NCBI GenBank assembly: GCA_050173015.1
Contig: JBFXLE010000008.1
Location: forward strand, 64,584-128,583
Length of the DNA: 64,000 nt
Origin: Calditrichaceae bacterium
GTDB taxonomy: Bacteria > Calditrichota > Calditrichia > Calditrichales > JBFXGD01
Direction of reading: 5' to 3'
Positions 61,736 to 64,000 of the stretch are shown here, one piece after another; position 1 is the first letter of the stretch, and each line of letters opens with the position of its first letter. The notes beneath the pieces were generated by a model, which saw only the letters and a program-made list of their open reading frames with translations, was not told where the DNA came from and did not search any database. Made by a program: the position numbers and the translations under genes.

Positions 61736-62116
61736 CTATTCAACTCCGTTTGTTTCCTCACGCAGTGCCGGGCGAACATTAATTTTTTTTGCCTGGCGAA
61801 TTGTTACGGATCCGGGTTTGGCTCCCCTGGGCTTACTTACCTGTTTGACAAAGCAATAATGTACCGGGACACTCCCGCCTTCCCTCATTTTTGAAAACCA
61901 GGCGGCCAGCTCTGCAGCTTCTTTGATACTCTGTTTGTCCGGCACTACAGAAACATCACCGCAGCGAAGAACAACATGACTACCCGGCGCGCCATTGACA
62001 TGAAACCATAAATCATTGGCATGACCGGTTCTGAACGTTAACTGATCATTGCTGTAATCATCCTGTCCTACGAGAATCTCCAGGTCTGAACTGCTTAAAA
62101 ACCGTTTTACCTTCAT
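61736..62116 (-). CDS. Stand-alone NFACT RNA-binding (DUF814) domain protein
   Basis: ILVG....NDQLT, DLWFH...PGSHVV, AA.LAAWFSK, V.KP.GAKPG.V. Confidence 0.88.
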   Translation of the reverse strand: MKVKRFLSSSDLEILVGQDDYSNDQLTFRTGHANDLWFHVNGAPGSHVVLRCGDVSVVPDKQSIKEAAELAAWFSKMREGGSVPVHYCFVKQVSKPRGAKPGSVTIRQAKKINVRPALREETNGVE

Positions 62117-62194
62117 ACTTACTAATATCTTGTTTAGTTCTGCCCTAATATAAATTTACAGAATGAATCTTCAAAGTTTTTTAGCTGAGCCGGT

Positions 62195-63592
62195 TTATAT
62201 TTGGATCATTTCTTCCCTTTCCGGGAAATAAACCGAAGGATAGCCTAAGTCTGAAATCGCTGCTTTCAATGGTAAGGCCTGATCTTCTTCACCATGCACA
62301 AGAAAGATTTGTGTTAATTTTTCCGGTTTGTGAAACTTCACATACTCCAACAATTCCTGACGATCCGCGTGTCCGCTAAAATCATCCATTTTTTTGACCT
62401 TGCATAACACCTTGTGTTTTTCACCAAAAATACTCACTTCTTCATCACCGTCCATCATTTTCCGGGCAAGAGTATGCGCCGCCGCGTAACCAACAAACAA
62501 CACCAGATTTTTGGGATTCTCTATATTATTTCTTAAATGATGCAGTATCCGGCCCCCTTCTGCCATTCCTGAAGCGGATATGATGATGTGCGGAGTCTTC
62601 AGATCGTTTAGTTCTTTGGATTTTGCCGCCTCGCGGATGTATTTCAATCTACCGAATCCGAACGGATTATCATCTTCAGACAGAAACAATCGATGAGTTT
62701 CCCTGTCGAGACATTCCGGATGCAATCTGAATACTTCAGTCGCGTTGCAGGCCATGGGGCTATCCACAAAAATGGGTATATCGGGAATCCTGGCCTGATC
62801 AAAAAGTTTATGAAGCATGTAAACCAGGACCTGAGTTCTTCCGACGGCAAAGGCGGGAATAATAATTTTTCCGCCATCTTTTACAACTTCCCGGATGGTT
62901 TGGGCCAGCTCTTCTTCAACATCATCCGAAGGAGTGTGCAGACGATTGCCATAAGTACTCTCCATTAAAAGAACATCAAGATCGCGAAGATAATTCGGGT
63001 CATGCAGCACCGGCATATCTTTACGGCCGATATCACCGCTGAATCCAAACCGGATTGACCTTCCGTTTTCTGATATTTCCAACAGAATACCCGCCGAACC
63101 CAAAATATGTCCGGCGTCCCTGAAAGTCGCTTTCACGCCCGGAGCCACCTCAATCGGATGATCATAATGAATTCCCACAAAATGTTTCAGCGCGGTCTCG
63201 GCGTCATCAATCGTATAGATCGGTTCAATGGGGGGCTGATTTTTACGTTTACGTTTCTTATTTACCCATTCCACATCCTTCTCCTGCAGATAAGCGGAAT
63301 CACGAAGCATGATCTGACACAAATCCGCGGTCGCGGAAGTGGCGTATATTTGTCCTTTAAATCCGTTTCTTATCAGGTTCGGAATGTTGCCGCTATGATC
63401 GATATGGGCATGCGACAACAGCATTACATCAACTTCAGACGGATTAAACAAAAAATTCTTATTCCGATCATAGGTTTCACTGCGGCGTCCCTGGAACATA
63501 CCGCATTCCAAAAGAATTTTTTTACCATTAATCGATAATAAATACTGTGACCCTGTGACGGTTTGCGCGCCGCCAAAAAATTGAATTTTCAT
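62195..63592 (-). CDS. MBL-fold beta-CASP ribonuclease-like protein (YSH1/COG1236)
   Basis: GGA..VTGS, SHAHIDHSG, AGHILGS, ESTYG, FAVGRTQ, SGHAD, LVHGE. Confidence 0.92.
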   Translation of the reverse strand: MKIQFFGGAQTVTGSQYLLSINGKKILLECGMFQGRRSETYDRNKNFLFNPSEVDVMLLSHAHIDHSGNIPNLIRNGFKGQIYATSATADLCQIMLRDSAYLQEKDVEWVNKKRKRKNQPPIEPIYTIDDAETALKHFVGIHYDHPIEVAPGVKATFRDAGHILGSAGILLEISENGRSIRFGFSGDIGRKDMPVLHDPNYLRDLDVLLMESTYGNRLHTPSDDVEEELAQTIREVVKDGGKIIIPAFAVGRTQVLVYMLHKLFDQARIPDIPIFVDSPMACNATEVFRLHPECLDRETHRLFLSEDDNPFGFGRLKYIREAAKSKELNDLKTPHIIISASGMAEGGRILHHLRNNIENPKNLVLFVGYAAAHTLARKMMDGDEEVSIFGEKHKVLCKVKKMDDFSGHADRQELLEYVKFHKPEKLTQIFLVHGEEDQALPLKAAISDLGYPSVYFPEREEMIQI

Positions 63593-63678
63593 TTTCCGTT
63601 CCCCTGTTACTGGACGACTATCAGATTTTCAGTGAAATAACATCTTCTTTTATTTTATTCCTGCTGGATTACCACCCG

Positions 63679-64000
63679 CTATAATTTTGTCAATCCGCCG
63701 AATCTAATCCATTCAAAGCACTTTTCAAGTGAACCCTGCAGCTCTCCGCGATCGTTACCTATCCAATAATTATGCAGACCGGCTTCTTTTGCCGGCTCTA
63801 TATCATTCTGCAGATCATTGCCAATCATGATCGCTTCTTCTGGTTCCACATCAAGTTTATTCAGAATTTCCTGATAATATTTGGGATCAGGCTTACAAAA
63901 ATGAGAATTTTCATAGGTGGTAATGAGCGAGAAAGAAAAGTCAGACAGGCCCGCCCAGTCTATCCTGTGTTCAATGGCCCGGGCGGGAAAAAGCGGATTT
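63679..64000 (-). CDS. HAD family hydrolase, C-terminal part (starts beyond window)
   Basis: Not in ORF track. Manual translation NPLFPARAIEHRIDWAG...HFCKPDPKYY...MIGNDLQNDIEPAKEAG, stop at 63679. Confidence 0.85.
   Translation of the reverse strand, partial: NPLFPARAIEHRIDWAGLSDFSFSLITTYENSHFCKPDPKYYQEILNKLDVEPEEAIMIGNDLQNDIEPAKEAGLHNYWIGNDRGELQGSLEKCFEWIRFGGLTKL

Overview
Gene-dense, AT-leaning bacterial chromosomal window. Gene content (bat cluster, DUF5723-like barrel with a lipoprotein, archease-RtcB) suggests a Gram-negative FCB-like lineage such as Calditrichota; this is inference. In order it holds: the 5' part of sucA; yitT; a ROK kinase; a lipoprotein/beta-barrel pair; archease-rtcB; a long minus-strand envelope block (M48 protease, tamB, tamA/bamA-like, TPR lipoprotein, an expanded moxR-DUF58-batABCDE cluster, SPOR protein); ltaE-trkA-trkH; typA; ahcY; a trimeric [FeFe]-hydrogenase (hydCBA) with maturases hydG, hydE, hydF and an aspA-like lyase; cfa; a TetR-TolC-HlyD-ABC efflux operon; arcA; and sugar-phosphate and RNA-metabolism genes. 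The most striking candidate novelty lies directly upstream of ahcY: an ECF sigma factor fused to a SahR-type SAM-binding methyltransferase domain, possibly a SAM/SAH-sensing sigma factor. The hydrogenase carries the sequence signatures of the non-bifurcating NADH-dependent class and has Rex-like boxes upstream. I recognised no rRNA, tRNA, CRISPR array or transposase. All family calls come from motif recognition by eye; no database searches were run.
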